Positions 46,805 through 55,452 of a stretch of 58,376 nt of DNA are shown here, one piece after another (the stretch's first letter is position 1; each line of letters opens with the position of its first letter). The stretch is from Myxococcales bacterium (lineage in GTDB: Bacteria; Myxococcota_A; UBA9042; UBA3505): NCBI GenBank assembly GCA_963578775.1, contig CAUZEG010000004.1, positions 1 through 58,376 of the forward strand, in the 5' to 3' direction. The position numbers and the translations under genes are program-made. The notes below the pieces were generated by a model. The model was not told the DNA's origin. It did no database searches and was given only the letters and a program-made list of their open reading frames with translations.

Positions 46805-48243
46805 TTCCCCGACGGCCATATCTTTATCTGGCGGCCCTGCTGCTCCTGGGTACTGTAGGGCCGACCCGCGGAGCCGAGGTGGGTAATGTGATCTCCAAAC
46901 GGGTAACGATCCTTCCAGTCCGGATCCTCCCCAACGCCAACCGTCCCCTTTTCGTGGCTGAGCCTGTAAAAACAACGGTCGCGCCAGGTCCGAGTACCAA
47001 ACCTCTGGAACAGGAATTAGCACGGCAACCCGAGCTCGAAGTCGTGCCGTGGGCACGGGTATTGGTCACCCTTCGGAACAGCGCCAATGTGGCCGAAACG
47101 GACTCCTTGACTCGCTCGTCGGTGGAACTCGGCATTGGAGAGTACAAAGCACTCAAGCTCGATAGGGCACAAAAGTCCCTGGAACGGGCGCTAGAATTGA
47201 TGCACTCGGTGCTCCTTGGGATCCGCGATCCGGGACTTGCCTCCAGGTTATATCTCCACCTCGGGCTGGTACATCTGGAGCAGGGCGACCGGGACCGGGC
47301 ACGCGTCGCTCTGGGCAATATGTTCTTCTATAACCCCAACCGGACATTTTCCATTGGCTACTATTCACCCGCCATAGAGACCGCCCTGACGAGCGCCTAC
47401 TCCGATTTTATCCGATTGGCTCCATTGGATCGTCCGGTGGTGAACCCGAAGATCTTACATACCCTCGCCACCCACGCCGGAATCGCCCAACTGTTCACAA
47501 TCGTGATCCGTCGGGACCAGCCCAGCCAGACGCAAGTACATGTATTTGATCTGAAACGCATGGTTCCCGTTCACAACGTGCAACTTCGCGCCGATGCCAC
47601 GGGTATACCTCACCCGGATCCCTTCGAGCGTTTCGTCAGTCGGTATGTGGCCTGCGAAATCTTCGAACGTTTTCCGGCCAATCCATGGGATCTACGCTTT
47701 CGCCGGGTGTGGTTGGAGCTTAACGGTGGCTATCATACCTACGGACGCTTTCCCACACGCACCTTCCTGCATAACACCTCCATTGCTCTACTTATGGGCA
47801 AAGGGATCTCACCACATGTGGCCATGTATGGTGGCTTGAATCTGCTCACGTCCGTCGAAGACCGGTATAAAGATCTCAGCGATCGGTTGGTTTCCATGCG
47901 CTTCATCGGTGGAGTCGAGTTTCGGATACGTGCCCGCCGCTTTACCTTCTTTTTCGCACCCGGTGTCGAAACCAACATTATGTCGGGCTTTCAGGTGTTA
48001 ACCAGTCCCGAGTGTAAGTTTTTCGGCATCGATCATCCCCTATGCGACCAGGCCAGCGATGTACGCAATAGCGATTTGCAGCTACTTATGGGCATCAACG
48101 CCAGCGTAGGACTGCGCTACCATATAACAAGTAGCGTCTATCTGGGTCTTCGGGGCATTGCCGGCATGTATCTGGTTCCGCTCAGCGGAAAGAAGGTGGA
48201 TTATCCGCTCGGTGGCTGGGCCGCTCTCGGTTTCGAGTTTTGA
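46801..48243 (+). CDS. Hypothetical exported protein, probably an outer-membrane beta-barrel with an N-terminal TPR-like segment
   Basis: The signal peptide is YLYLAALLLLGTVGPTRGAE. A single TPR-like stretch is present (RLYLHLGLVHLEQGDRDRARVALGNMFFYNP). The C-terminal ~200 aa has alternating hydrophobic patterns and ends in ..GGWAALGFEF (terminal Phe, OMP-like). Confidence 0.55.
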   Translation: MIPRRPYLYLAALLLLGTVGPTRGAEVGNVISKRVTILPVRILPNANRPLFVAEPVKTTVAPGPSTKPLEQELARQPELEVVPWARVLVTLRNSANVAETDSLTRSSVELGIGEYKALKLDRAQKSLERALELMHSVLLGIRDPGLASRLYLHLGLVHLEQGDRDRARVALGNMFFYNPNRTFSIGYYSPAIETALTSAYSDFIRLAPLDRPVVNPKILHTLATHAGIAQLFTIVIRRDQPSQTQVHVFDLKRMVPVHNVQLRADATGIPHPDPFERFVSRYVACEIFERFPANPWDLRFRRVWLELNGGYHTYGRFPTRTFLHNTSIALLMGKGISPHVAMYGGLNLLTSVEDRYKDLSDRLVSMRFIGGVEFRIRARRFTFFFAPGVETNIMSGFQVLTSPECKFFGIDHPLCDQASDVRNSDLQLLMGINASVGLRYHITSSVYLGLRGIAGMYLVPLSGKKVDYPLGGWAALGFEF

Positions 48244-48593
48244 CGTCCTCAACCAGAGCCGCTCTTGTTCTGCTCAAGGGTAACGACTGCCCGCTCTGTA
48301 GCGAAATGCTACAAGAGCTGAAATCTCTACAAGCCAGCCTGGGTTTCGAACTCTGCGAACTGAATGTCGGCGATCATCCGGATCTCCAGGAGCCCTATCG
48401 CATTCGCATTCCCTATCTCTTCGTTGGAGGCCGCCCTTTTGCCAAGGGGCATCTGGACGCCCGCAAGTTGAAACGACGGCTCTTCTGGAATCGACTCGGC
48501 TTTAAGATCGGCCCTCTTCCGGATGCCGTCCGAGCCGCCATAAGCCGTGACATCACCGCGGTGTCGACAGATGACTCGACCAAAGCCGATTGA
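48240..48593 (+). CDS. Glutaredoxin-like thioredoxin-fold protein (DUF836-like)
   Basis: TTG 48240 overlaps the upstream TGA. The sequence reads LVLLKGNDCPLCSEMLQELK..ELNV.DHPDLQEPYRIRIPYLFVGG (CPLC motif plus cis-Pro IP). Confidence 0.6.
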   Translation: MTSSTRAALVLLKGNDCPLCSEMLQELKSLQASLGFELCELNVGDHPDLQEPYRIRIPYLFVGGRPFAKGHLDARKLKRRLFWNRLGFKIGPLPDAVRAAISRDITAVSTDDSTKAD

Positions 48594-48600
48594 CGCGGCT

Positions 48601-49809
48601 ATGATGGGGACGATGTTCGGTGGCTTCACGAAAAAACGATGGTTATTGCTCGGCGCCTTCGCGTTTTGGGCCGTGGGTTGTGTAAGTGGGTCGGACGGTA
48701 ACGATGAAAACTGCGTAGGCAAATGTGACGACCCGTCCCAGGAATCGGATGTGCCCTTCCTGGGCGACGATGTGAACGCTCCCGATCCCGGTGAATGGGA
48801 TTGCCAGACGACACTTCTCGCATATCATCCCGACGCCATGGCCGTAGGAGATTGCGCTCTGATTCCCGGCCTGGGGATTAGCGACCTGGTGTTTCTCGGT
48901 TCAAACTACGCCCAGGTCAAAGCCAGCCTGGGAAGTCCTGGTGAGCCGAGTGAAATCGAACACCATCGGTCCTATATGGGAGGTATGCTGCAGATCACCT
49001 TTGGCGATCTGAACCTCAACGGCACCGTCGATCACGAGGATCCTGTCGTCGCAATTTCGGTCTCGGGTGACTTCGGCGGTACCACCGATAACGGCATCGG
49101 CCTGGATATCCCTCGTAACGATCTTGAGGAGCTCTACACCCCGGACACGATTATCGATCTGCCACCACTGCCCCCGTTCCACGGCGGCGTCGGCCACGTC
49201 TCCTACACCGGTGGAATGTCTCTTTCCTTCGACGAGGCCGATGTAGTCAACGGTATCATTTTACACCGGGCCTATAATGTGGTGTCCGATGGTACCTTCG
49301 ATCCAACCGAGGCAACGGTCCAGCTGGCATCCACGGAGATCCGCTGCGGTGACGGTCGTGAGGGTGGAGAGGACGGCTCTCCGCCGAGCGCCTATGAAGA
49401 CATCCTCGATGCCCCCGATTTTCGCGGCCATATGACCGTCGAGGTTTCCATCGCCGATGTCGACCTCAGCCTCGATATGTATCCCATGCTGGGCATCAAC
49501 TTCGTGCGGGTGGTGGAGATCCGCAAGGGATTTCTGGGCACCGAGACCCCGAACGAGCTGGCGTTGGTGATCCTATCACCACCTTATGGTGGCGAGACGG
49601 CGGAGGGCATCCGAATCGGCAGCAAAAAAGCGTTGGTTGAAACCGAATTGAGGCTGACGTTTGAGAAGACCGATGAGCTGGTCGGCTTTACAATCCACAT
49701 CTATAAGACCAACTCTGATAAACGTCTGGGGGTCGTCTACACAAATGGGGGAGCGAGCCCTGACGACGAAGCCGTGCTCCTGTTATTGAATATGACGAAA
49801 GAGCTATAA
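48601..49809 (+). CDS. Hypothetical lipoprotein (~402 aa)
   Basis: ATG 48601 gives MMGTMFGGFTKKRWLLLGAFAFWAVGCVSG (lipobox). I recognise no motif. Confidence 0.6.
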   Translation: MMGTMFGGFTKKRWLLLGAFAFWAVGCVSGSDGNDENCVGKCDDPSQESDVPFLGDDVNAPDPGEWDCQTTLLAYHPDAMAVGDCALIPGLGISDLVFLGSNYAQVKASLGSPGEPSEIEHHRSYMGGMLQITFGDLNLNGTVDHEDPVVAISVSGDFGGTTDNGIGLDIPRNDLEELYTPDTIIDLPPLPPFHGGVGHVSYTGGMSLSFDEADVVNGIILHRAYNVVSDGTFDPTEATVQLASTEIRCGDGREGGEDGSPPSAYEDILDAPDFRGHMTVEVSIADVDLSLDMYPMLGINFVRVVEIRKGFLGTETPNELALVILSPPYGGETAEGIRIGSKKALVETELRLTFEKTDELVGFTIHIYKTNSDKRLGVVYTNGGASPDDEAVLLLLNMTKEL

Positions 49810-49844
49810 GACCAATCTAGCACAGCGAATTGTGGCCTTCCCTC

Positions 49845-49873
49845 TTGACAATTCGGCCCCTCGGAACTTAAAA
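49845..49873 (+). promoter_or_regulatory. Sigma70-type promoter candidate for the tRNA gene
   Basis: TTGACA (49845-49850), a 17-nt spacer, then TTAAAA (49868-49873). The tRNA 5' end lies 11 nt downstream. Confidence 0.5.
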
Positions 49874-49884
49874 CGCGAGCCCAC

Positions 49885-49957
<73 letters not shown>

Positions 49958-49963
49958 CCCCTT

Positions 49964-49996
49964 AAAGCCCCGTGACTGCGGGGCTTTCTGGTTTTT
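49964..49996 (+). terminator. Rho-independent terminator after the tRNA
   Basis: aaagccccg-tgactg-cggggcttt followed by ctggttttt. Confidence 0.75.
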
Positions 49997-50034
49997 GGGT
50001 TCCAAAGATCGGTTTCGACCGCCGACCGGCCGGC

Positions 50035-50898
50035 TTAGCGGATCGTAAACTCGGTCTGGGCCAAGGCAGGCATATCGTTGGTATCACCCGACGCGACATC
50101 GCCTTTGCCGGCCCGGGTTTCTTCCAGGCGTGTATCCAGAACTGTCATCAGTTGGCCGATATTGGCGGGCGCAGAAAAGAGCTCTCCGAACTGTTCGGCG
50201 GAGGCGCTTCGGCACCACACCGCATAACAAAATCGATTCAGATCGTTGTCGAGGAAATAGGTCAGCGTCAGCGGAGCGGGACCACCTTCGGCCCACTCCG
50301 AGGCCCGCTCTGGTATCGATCCGTAGATATGTTCACGAATGGCCGCAATCGAACTTCGAGGGATCAAATGGTAGTTGAGGGCATGCACCGATAGATCGTG
50401 TCCCGTCGATATCAGATGAAACTGGAGAAGGTTGACTGCGCCGGATTTAAGCGCCTGGGCGACCTTCTTCTTATAAAAGGCTTCCGATGCCATATGAATG
50501 GGGATGGTCCCGCCCAGATACATGGCCAACCAGGGGCCGGTAGGTAATGTCTCCGAATCCGATTGCATATAGGCCAGTTCGTAGCCAAAGGAATCCTCAT
50601 TCGTGGCCCGGAGCATCGCGTTGAATGACTCTGGAGTCGGCACGATGTGAATGAACCGGCCGTCGGGCCAATCAAATCCCATCGCTCGGACCACGGGCAC
50701 CATGGTCGGCATATGTTTGAAGTGGCCGGTATGGCCTGCCAGCTCCGGCGGATCAAAAACCGTCGGAAGATGCAGTTGATACAGGCTGCCGTCATCACAT
50801 TGTGGATGTGTCCAGGGAAGGACTTTCGGAGCCTCTCCGAAGAGCTTCTCGAACGCCCATAACCAGGGGCCGAGTATACTTTCTTCGTCCCGCCGCAT
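50035..50898 (-). CDS. Hypothetical cytoplasmic protein (287 aa)
   Basis: Clean ORF with no leader and no motif I recognise. It starts 3 nt after the stop of the upstream MopE-repeat gene. Confidence 0.6.
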   Translation of the reverse strand: MRRDEESILGPWLWAFEKLFGEAPKVLPWTHPQCDDGSLYQLHLPTVFDPPELAGHTGHFKHMPTMVPVVRAMGFDWPDGRFIHIVPTPESFNAMLRATNEDSFGYELAYMQSDSETLPTGPWLAMYLGGTIPIHMASEAFYKKKVAQALKSGAVNLLQFHLISTGHDLSVHALNYHLIPRSSIAAIREHIYGSIPERASEWAEGGPAPLTLTYFLDNDLNRFCYAVWCRSASAEQFGELFSAPANIGQLMTVLDTRLEETRAGKGDVASGDTNDMPALAQTEFTIR

Positions 50899-50900
50899 CC

Positions 50901-52907
50901 CTAATTCCGTGATAGATGGTAGGCGGATTGCCCCTCACAGGAGGGAACCGCTGTGGGATATACAGTGTCACAACCGGTTCCCTGGCACGTCGCCACATCG
51001 TTCTTCACAAAGAAGAGCGTATTCGAATCCGAGACGTTCCAATACCCCGTTCGCCGCTGCTCCGTGGATAAAACAGTACTGCCCCCGATCTCCGTAGTCG
51101 TAACAACCTCACAGACAAAATCCGTAAAGTTGGGGTTGACCCCGGCCACAAAACAACAGCTTCGTGAAATCCCATCTTCGGTCAAAGTAAAGGTTCCATT
51201 CGTATTGGTATCGACTGTCACCGAGGACAGATCCGCTCCAAAAAAGCCGCATTCGTCGTAATGGAGTTCCGCATAGGTCGTGGAATAGTCGCCCGCTGCC
51301 GGGTCGTAATTGATCGCACCGGGATAGACATTTTCATTGCTGTCGTCGCAATCGGTGTTGTCTAAGGCGAATGTAGTTCCTGCATCGCATAATTCGATAC
51401 CGATCGATTGTGAATCCCCGAAGGTGTCACCATCTGCATCGGAATAGTAGGTGGTGGTACCGGATATTGTTCCCTCGTCGTCATCATCCGCCACGCCATT
51501 GCAATTCTCGTCGATATCGCCCGCATCACAGATCTCTGCCGCCCCCGGGTTTATTTCCGGCAAAGCATCGTTGCAGTCCGTGTTGTTTCCCACCAGTCCC
51601 TCCGGTTGAAGGCAAGCTTCAACGCCGGGATCGTTCTGGTCTCCGAAGGTGTCTTCATCGTTATCCACAAAATAGGTGGTCTTACCCTCGGCCCCATCGA
51701 CGTCCAGATCATTGGCCGCCCCATCGCAGTCTTCATCGACGTCAAAAAAATCACAGACCTCAACGGCTGCCGGGTTGATATCCCCTAAGATATCGTTGCA
51801 GTCGGCATTGTTTCCCGACAGACCCGCCGGTGGATCGCAGAAATCCGAGCCTGTATCGTTGGCGTCCCCGAAGGTGTCACCATCACTATCGACATAGTAG
51901 GTGGTCTTGCCGTCGGCGCCATTCGCATCCGCGTCATCCGCCGCACCATCGCAATCCTCGTCAATATCGTCCACATCGCAGACTTCGACACCATCGGGAT
52001 TCACCGCCACTAACACATCGTCGCAGTCAGTATTATTGCTTACCAGGTCGACCGGTGGTTCACAGAGATCCACTCCGGCATCGTTGGCGTCCCCGAAGGT
52101 GTCACCGTCACCATCTACATAATAGGTGATCTTTCCATCCGCCCCATCCGTGTCGAGATCGTCTGCCGCGCCATCACAATCCTCGTCGATATCGTCCACA
52201 TCACAGGTCTCTGCACTGTCGGGATTCACTCCTGGCAATATATCGTCGCAATCGGAATTATTGGATGCTACGCCCTCCGGGGGATCGCAGAAGTCAGCGC
52301 CTACGGCCGTATCATCCCCGAAGTTGTCACCATCGCTATCGGTATAATAGGTGGCCTTACCCTCGGCTCCATCTTCGTCCAGATCATCCGCCGCACCATC
52401 ACAATCCTCGTCGATGTCATCGGCATCACAGACTTCAGTGGCCCCTGGATTCACATTCGCCAGGACATCGTCACAGTCCGTATTGTCGGTCACATAGCCT
52501 TCTGGTTGCGCACAGGCTTCTTCGGTTGTATCGGCATCGCCGTAGGTGTCGTCGTCTGCATCGGCATAATAGACGACCGCATCGTTCGCATCCTGATCCG
52601 TCGTTCCATCGCAATCGTTGTCTTTGCCGTCGCAGATCTCGTCCGCGGCCGGATGGATCGTATCGTCGCTATCATCACAGTCCACATCATCGGCATAGCC
52701 ATCATTATCGCCATCAATGGGACCGTCCGCATCCGCCGGAGCGGCATCCGTACCGATGTCATCACCACTACTGTCCGGACCGTTATTCTCACTGTCCAGA
52801 TTATGGGAACCGCAACCAACCGCCAGCGCCAGAAGAAGCACAAGACCACTCGACCCGATGCTTCGAAGGAAAGATGTACTCACCATATGCCTAATCCCTT
52901 TTTCCAT
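50901..52907 (-). CDS. Lipoprotein with six MopE-type putative metal-binding repeats and an unknown 137-aa C-terminal domain
   Basis: The leader is ..SSGLVLLLALAVGCGSH (lipobox). The repeats are of the form DCDD-x6-PGA-x-E-x-CD-x-xD-x-DCDG-x2-D plus YY.D.DGD.FGD, e.g. DCDDSDDTIHPAADEICDGKDNDCDGTTD. Confidence 0.8.
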   Translation of the reverse strand: MEKGIRHMVSTSFLRSIGSSGLVLLLALAVGCGSHNLDSENNGPDSSGDDIGTDAAPADADGPIDGDNDGYADDVDCDDSDDTIHPAADEICDGKDNDCDGTTDQDANDAVVYYADADDDTYGDADTTEEACAQPEGYVTDNTDCDDVLANVNPGATEVCDADDIDEDCDGAADDLDEDGAEGKATYYTDSDGDNFGDDTAVGADFCDPPEGVASNNSDCDDILPGVNPDSAETCDVDDIDEDCDGAADDLDTDGADGKITYYVDGDGDTFGDANDAGVDLCEPPVDLVSNNTDCDDVLVAVNPDGVEVCDVDDIDEDCDGAADDADANGADGKTTYYVDSDGDTFGDANDTGSDFCDPPAGLSGNNADCNDILGDINPAAVEVCDFFDVDEDCDGAANDLDVDGAEGKTTYFVDNDEDTFGDQNDPGVEACLQPEGLVGNNTDCNDALPEINPGAAEICDAGDIDENCNGVADDDDEGTISGTTTYYSDADGDTFGDSQSIGIELCDAGTTFALDNTDCDDSNENVYPGAINYDPAAGDYSTTYAELHYDECGFFGADLSSVTVDTNTNGTFTLTEDGISRSCCFVAGVNPNFTDFVCEVVTTTEIGGSTVLSTEQRRTGYWNVSDSNTLFFVKNDVATCQGTGCDTVYPTAVPSCEGQSAYHLSRN
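51315..52715 (-). repeat. Six tandem ~75-codon MopE-like repeat units
   Basis: Units were aligned by eye in the translation (..EVCDVDDIDEDCDGAADD.D.DGA.GK.TYYVD.DGDTFGD......C.PP......NN.DC.D.L...NP..). Confidence 0.85.
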
Positions 52908-53044
52908 TCCGAGAAGGTAGCATAACTAGAAACGAATGGAATCGCTCGGAAAGAATGGTTTTTTCCAGCGGGCTGGCTAACTGCACATAACGAGGCTCAC
53001 ACCGCCCCCAACATAGACCCTCCCACATATTTATTCTCTCTTCC

Positions 53045-55381
53045 TTATGGATCACATTTGGGATCGAAGGACGGCCTACAGAGCTTTATACCCGCTCCAC
53101 CCATGGCACAACACCCCCAGACCTCACCACCGGGAAAGAGGTCGTGGCAATCAAACATGCTCTCGCATTCGTGGGTGCAGTAGGAGATATCTGCAATCGT
53201 ACTCGACCCACACCATTGGGCATCGGGCATATGGTCATCACATAAGTCGGGCTCAATCGAACCGCTTGCGTCGGTGCACTCACTCAAGCTGATCTGAGCG
53301 ACTGCAGGGCGGCAATAGCCAAAGCCCGCCGCTGGAATCATACTACATTGCCCATTGGTAAAGAGATCATCGCAATCGGCGTCAACAGAACAACTCCGAG
53401 TACAATAATCAAAATCATCGCTCGTGGGGCTCAGACATGTCGGCGCCACATCTTCGTCCGGGCAATCGACCGACGGATCGACTCCATCGTAGCATGACAC
53501 TCCCGTTGGCGGAGCCTCCCAGATGAGCTTCTCCACGCCATCACAATTCCAGGTTACCGGATAGCCGTCTCCAGGGAGCGTGATGGGATATTTCTGCCAA
53601 TACTTGGCCCGATATTCGTCCTTCCACTGGGCAAGTTGATCGTCTTCGTCAAGATGACCAATGAAATCATGAAGACGCATAACTACGATCTCCCGGCACC
53701 AGTTGCAGAAGTTGGTTTGCCGAAGATTCGTGCCCGGATTACCCGTACATGGATGGGGGTTTTCATGGGTACCGTTCATCAAACATTGGTGTTCGGGGCG
53801 GAATGCGCCCTCCCAACAGGTATAGGCCCCCTCGAAAGAGCCGATAACCTGCGAATGGGGGTTGATCCCCGCTCCGTAGAGCAGATGCTTCCACGGTACC
53901 TCGTCCGCCTCACTCGCATAACTGTAGTTATTGATTGTACGAAGGTCCCAGATGGTATTGTTGAACCCATTGAACTTACTGGCCGCGGTGCAATCCTTAT
54001 AGTCGTCTCCACGATACTCATCACGTAAATGCGCGAAGGCATGCCCAAACTCATGTATATGGCCATTGGCAATAGCGACACGCATCTTCCTTTCACCATC
54101 CGCCGAGGTAACCCCGCGAGCCCAACCCGAATAACCATCACAACTCTCACTGGGATCATCCCCGTCGGTGCAATTGGCAGCTCTCACAAGAATTACCCCC
54201 ACCACCTGCTTCATGAGTTTCGGATATTTCGACGACGAGGCCGGATATTTATGCGTGTCGTTATAGGAAATGTTCTCAATTGCCTCCATTACACCTCCCT
54301 CGAAGAAGCTCTCCTGGAGACTGCCACTGCTCAGCATTGAGATAGACCCACCACTAAGGTTCAGGCCGAAATAGGTCTGGAAATTTACATCCGAAGAGAT
54401 GTGACTCTCCGACGCCAGAGGTACAATCCAGATATTGAAAGCGTTCTGGAATGTTGCAAAGGGCTCTCGATTCAGAAACCGCTCCTTCCATAACTCCGCG
54501 TCATCGGCGAACTCATCGAGCTCGGAAGCCAGATATCCCTCGGACATCACCACCACATCGATCTTGCCACTATCGCAGCTATTACCTTTCTTCACGTTGG
54601 TCGTTGGCCCCATCAGGCCTCCGACTGGAGGCACCATGCCGTTGGGAACAAAGGGAATCGTGTACTTCACATTGGTGATCACACCACTGCCCTCAAATAT
54701 AAGCTTCGCATTCCCCGGATCTCCTGGGTGGGTTTTACAGTCATCCAACAGCTCGCAACCTTCGTATGGATCCCCACCGTAACCGGCATCACAAATACAA
54801 ACGGACGAAAAGAAATCGCAGTGGCTGTGATCACCACAGGGGCTCTCAGGAACCGGTTGGCCCGGAGCAAGGAGCGAAACACAACTTTCGAGACAACCTG
54901 TGTCCGGATCTCCGACATATCCCGGAGCACAGACACAGCCATCCGGTGTACATAACGCGTTTTCCCCACACGCCAGCAAAGAACATAGCTCCGGATCAAT
55001 CGTATCGGCATCCTGCGACACATCTTCCGTCGGGGCCACATCTTCGACCGGGGCCACATCTTCGACCGGGGCCACATCTTCGACCGGGGCCACATCTTCG
55101 ACCGGGGCCACATCTTCAACCGGGGCCACATCTTCGCCCGGGGCCACATCTTCGCCCGGGGCCACATCTTCGCCCGGGGCCACATCGTCGCCCGGGGCCA
55201 CATCTTCGCCCGGGGCCACATCGTCGCCCGGGGCCACATCGTCGCCCGGCTGTACATCGGCCGGAGTCATATCACTGGCAGCATCCGCTACACTTCCATC
55301 ATCACCACCAGTAACGCTCCCTCCACTACAACTCGTACTCAATAATGTTGTGCAAAGGAAAACTGGCACTAACCAACGCAT
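53045..55381 (-). CDS. M64-like (IgA-peptidase family) zinc metallopeptidase lipoprotein with a (DVAP[GV][DE])n linker and Cys-rich flanks
   Basis: ATG 55381 gives MRWLVPVFLCTTLLSTSCSGGS (lipobox). After it come 13-14 hexapeptide repeats and EGF-like Cys modules. The catalytic core reads KIDVVVMSEGY..EPF..FNIWIV...SES.. and HEFGHAFAHLRDEY (HExxH plus DEY). The two C-terminal modules are of the type YC-x2-C-x4-DC. Confidence 0.78.
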   Translation of the reverse strand: MRWLVPVFLCTTLLSTSCSGGSVTGGDDGSVADAASDMTPADVQPGDDVAPGDDVAPGEDVAPGDDVAPGEDVAPGEDVAPGEDVAPVEDVAPVEDVAPVEDVAPVEDVAPVEDVAPTEDVSQDADTIDPELCSLLACGENALCTPDGCVCAPGYVGDPDTGCLESCVSLLAPGQPVPESPCGDHSHCDFFSSVCICDAGYGGDPYEGCELLDDCKTHPGDPGNAKLIFEGSGVITNVKYTIPFVPNGMVPPVGGLMGPTTNVKKGNSCDSGKIDVVVMSEGYLASELDEFADDAELWKERFLNREPFATFQNAFNIWIVPLASESHISSDVNFQTYFGLNLSGGSISMLSSGSLQESFFEGGVMEAIENISYNDTHKYPASSSKYPKLMKQVVGVILVRAANCTDGDDPSESCDGYSGWARGVTSADGERKMRVAIANGHIHEFGHAFAHLRDEYRGDDYKDCTAASKFNGFNNTIWDLRTINNYSYASEADEVPWKHLLYGAGINPHSQVIGSFEGAYTCWEGAFRPEHQCLMNGTHENPHPCTGNPGTNLRQTNFCNWCREIVVMRLHDFIGHLDEDDQLAQWKDEYRAKYWQKYPITLPGDGYPVTWNCDGVEKLIWEAPPTGVSCYDGVDPSVDCPDEDVAPTCLSPTSDDFDYCTRSCSVDADCDDLFTNGQCSMIPAAGFGYCRPAVAQISLSECTDASGSIEPDLCDDHMPDAQWCGSSTIADISYCTHECESMFDCHDLFPGGEVWGCCAMGGAGIKLCRPSFDPKCDP
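55025..55258 (-). repeat. 13 tandem 18-nt in-frame units encoding D-V-A-P-[GVT]-[DE]
   Basis: Read directly from the sequence (ggggccacatcttcgacc / ggggccacatcttcgccc / ggggccacatcgtcgccc on the + strand). Confidence 0.95.
55314..55363 (-). repeat. Copy 1 of a 50-nt shared lipoprotein-leader segment
   Basis: acgctccctccactacaactcgtactcaataatgttgtgcaaaggaaaac is identical at 48/50 positions to 56042-56091. Confidence 0.95.
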
Positions 55382-55386
55382 TTGTT

Positions 55387-55428
55387 TTCTCACTTCTCTA
55401 TGAATCACATTTTGGGATCCGAGACCGA
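55387..55428 (-). pseudogene. Relic of a gene 3' end (..SDPKM* from ..FDPKCDP*) plus downstream flank, homologous to 53034-53074
   Basis: ttctcacttctctatgaatcacattttgggatccgagaccga aligns with ttctctcttccttatggatcacatttgggatcgaaggacgg at about 33 of 41 positions, with one 1-nt indel. Confidence 0.6.
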
Positions 55429-55452
55429 CAAACGAACGGTCCGTTATTCGGT

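Noticed and set aside
51410-52925. Several 70-210-codon plus-strand ORFs rich in His/Arg/Pro (..HRHRRCRRLHRHNRRPHRS..) opposite the MopE-repeat gene.
   Set aside because: These are antisense products of GAT/GAC/GGC-rich acidic repeats. They show no coding features, and the minus-strand frame carries the clear DCDD..DCDG motif periodicity.
54679-55314. Alternative-frame and antisense ORFs over the 18-nt repeats (MWPRAKMWPR.., GPHLRPGPHLRP.., GATSSTGATSS..). Similar ORFs lie over the 21519-21752 array (GPDGRSGPDGRS..).
   Set aside because: Any perfect in-frame tandem repeat is open in several frames. Only the DVAPGE / DPGQTE frames continue into long domains with recognisable motifs and proper leaders.
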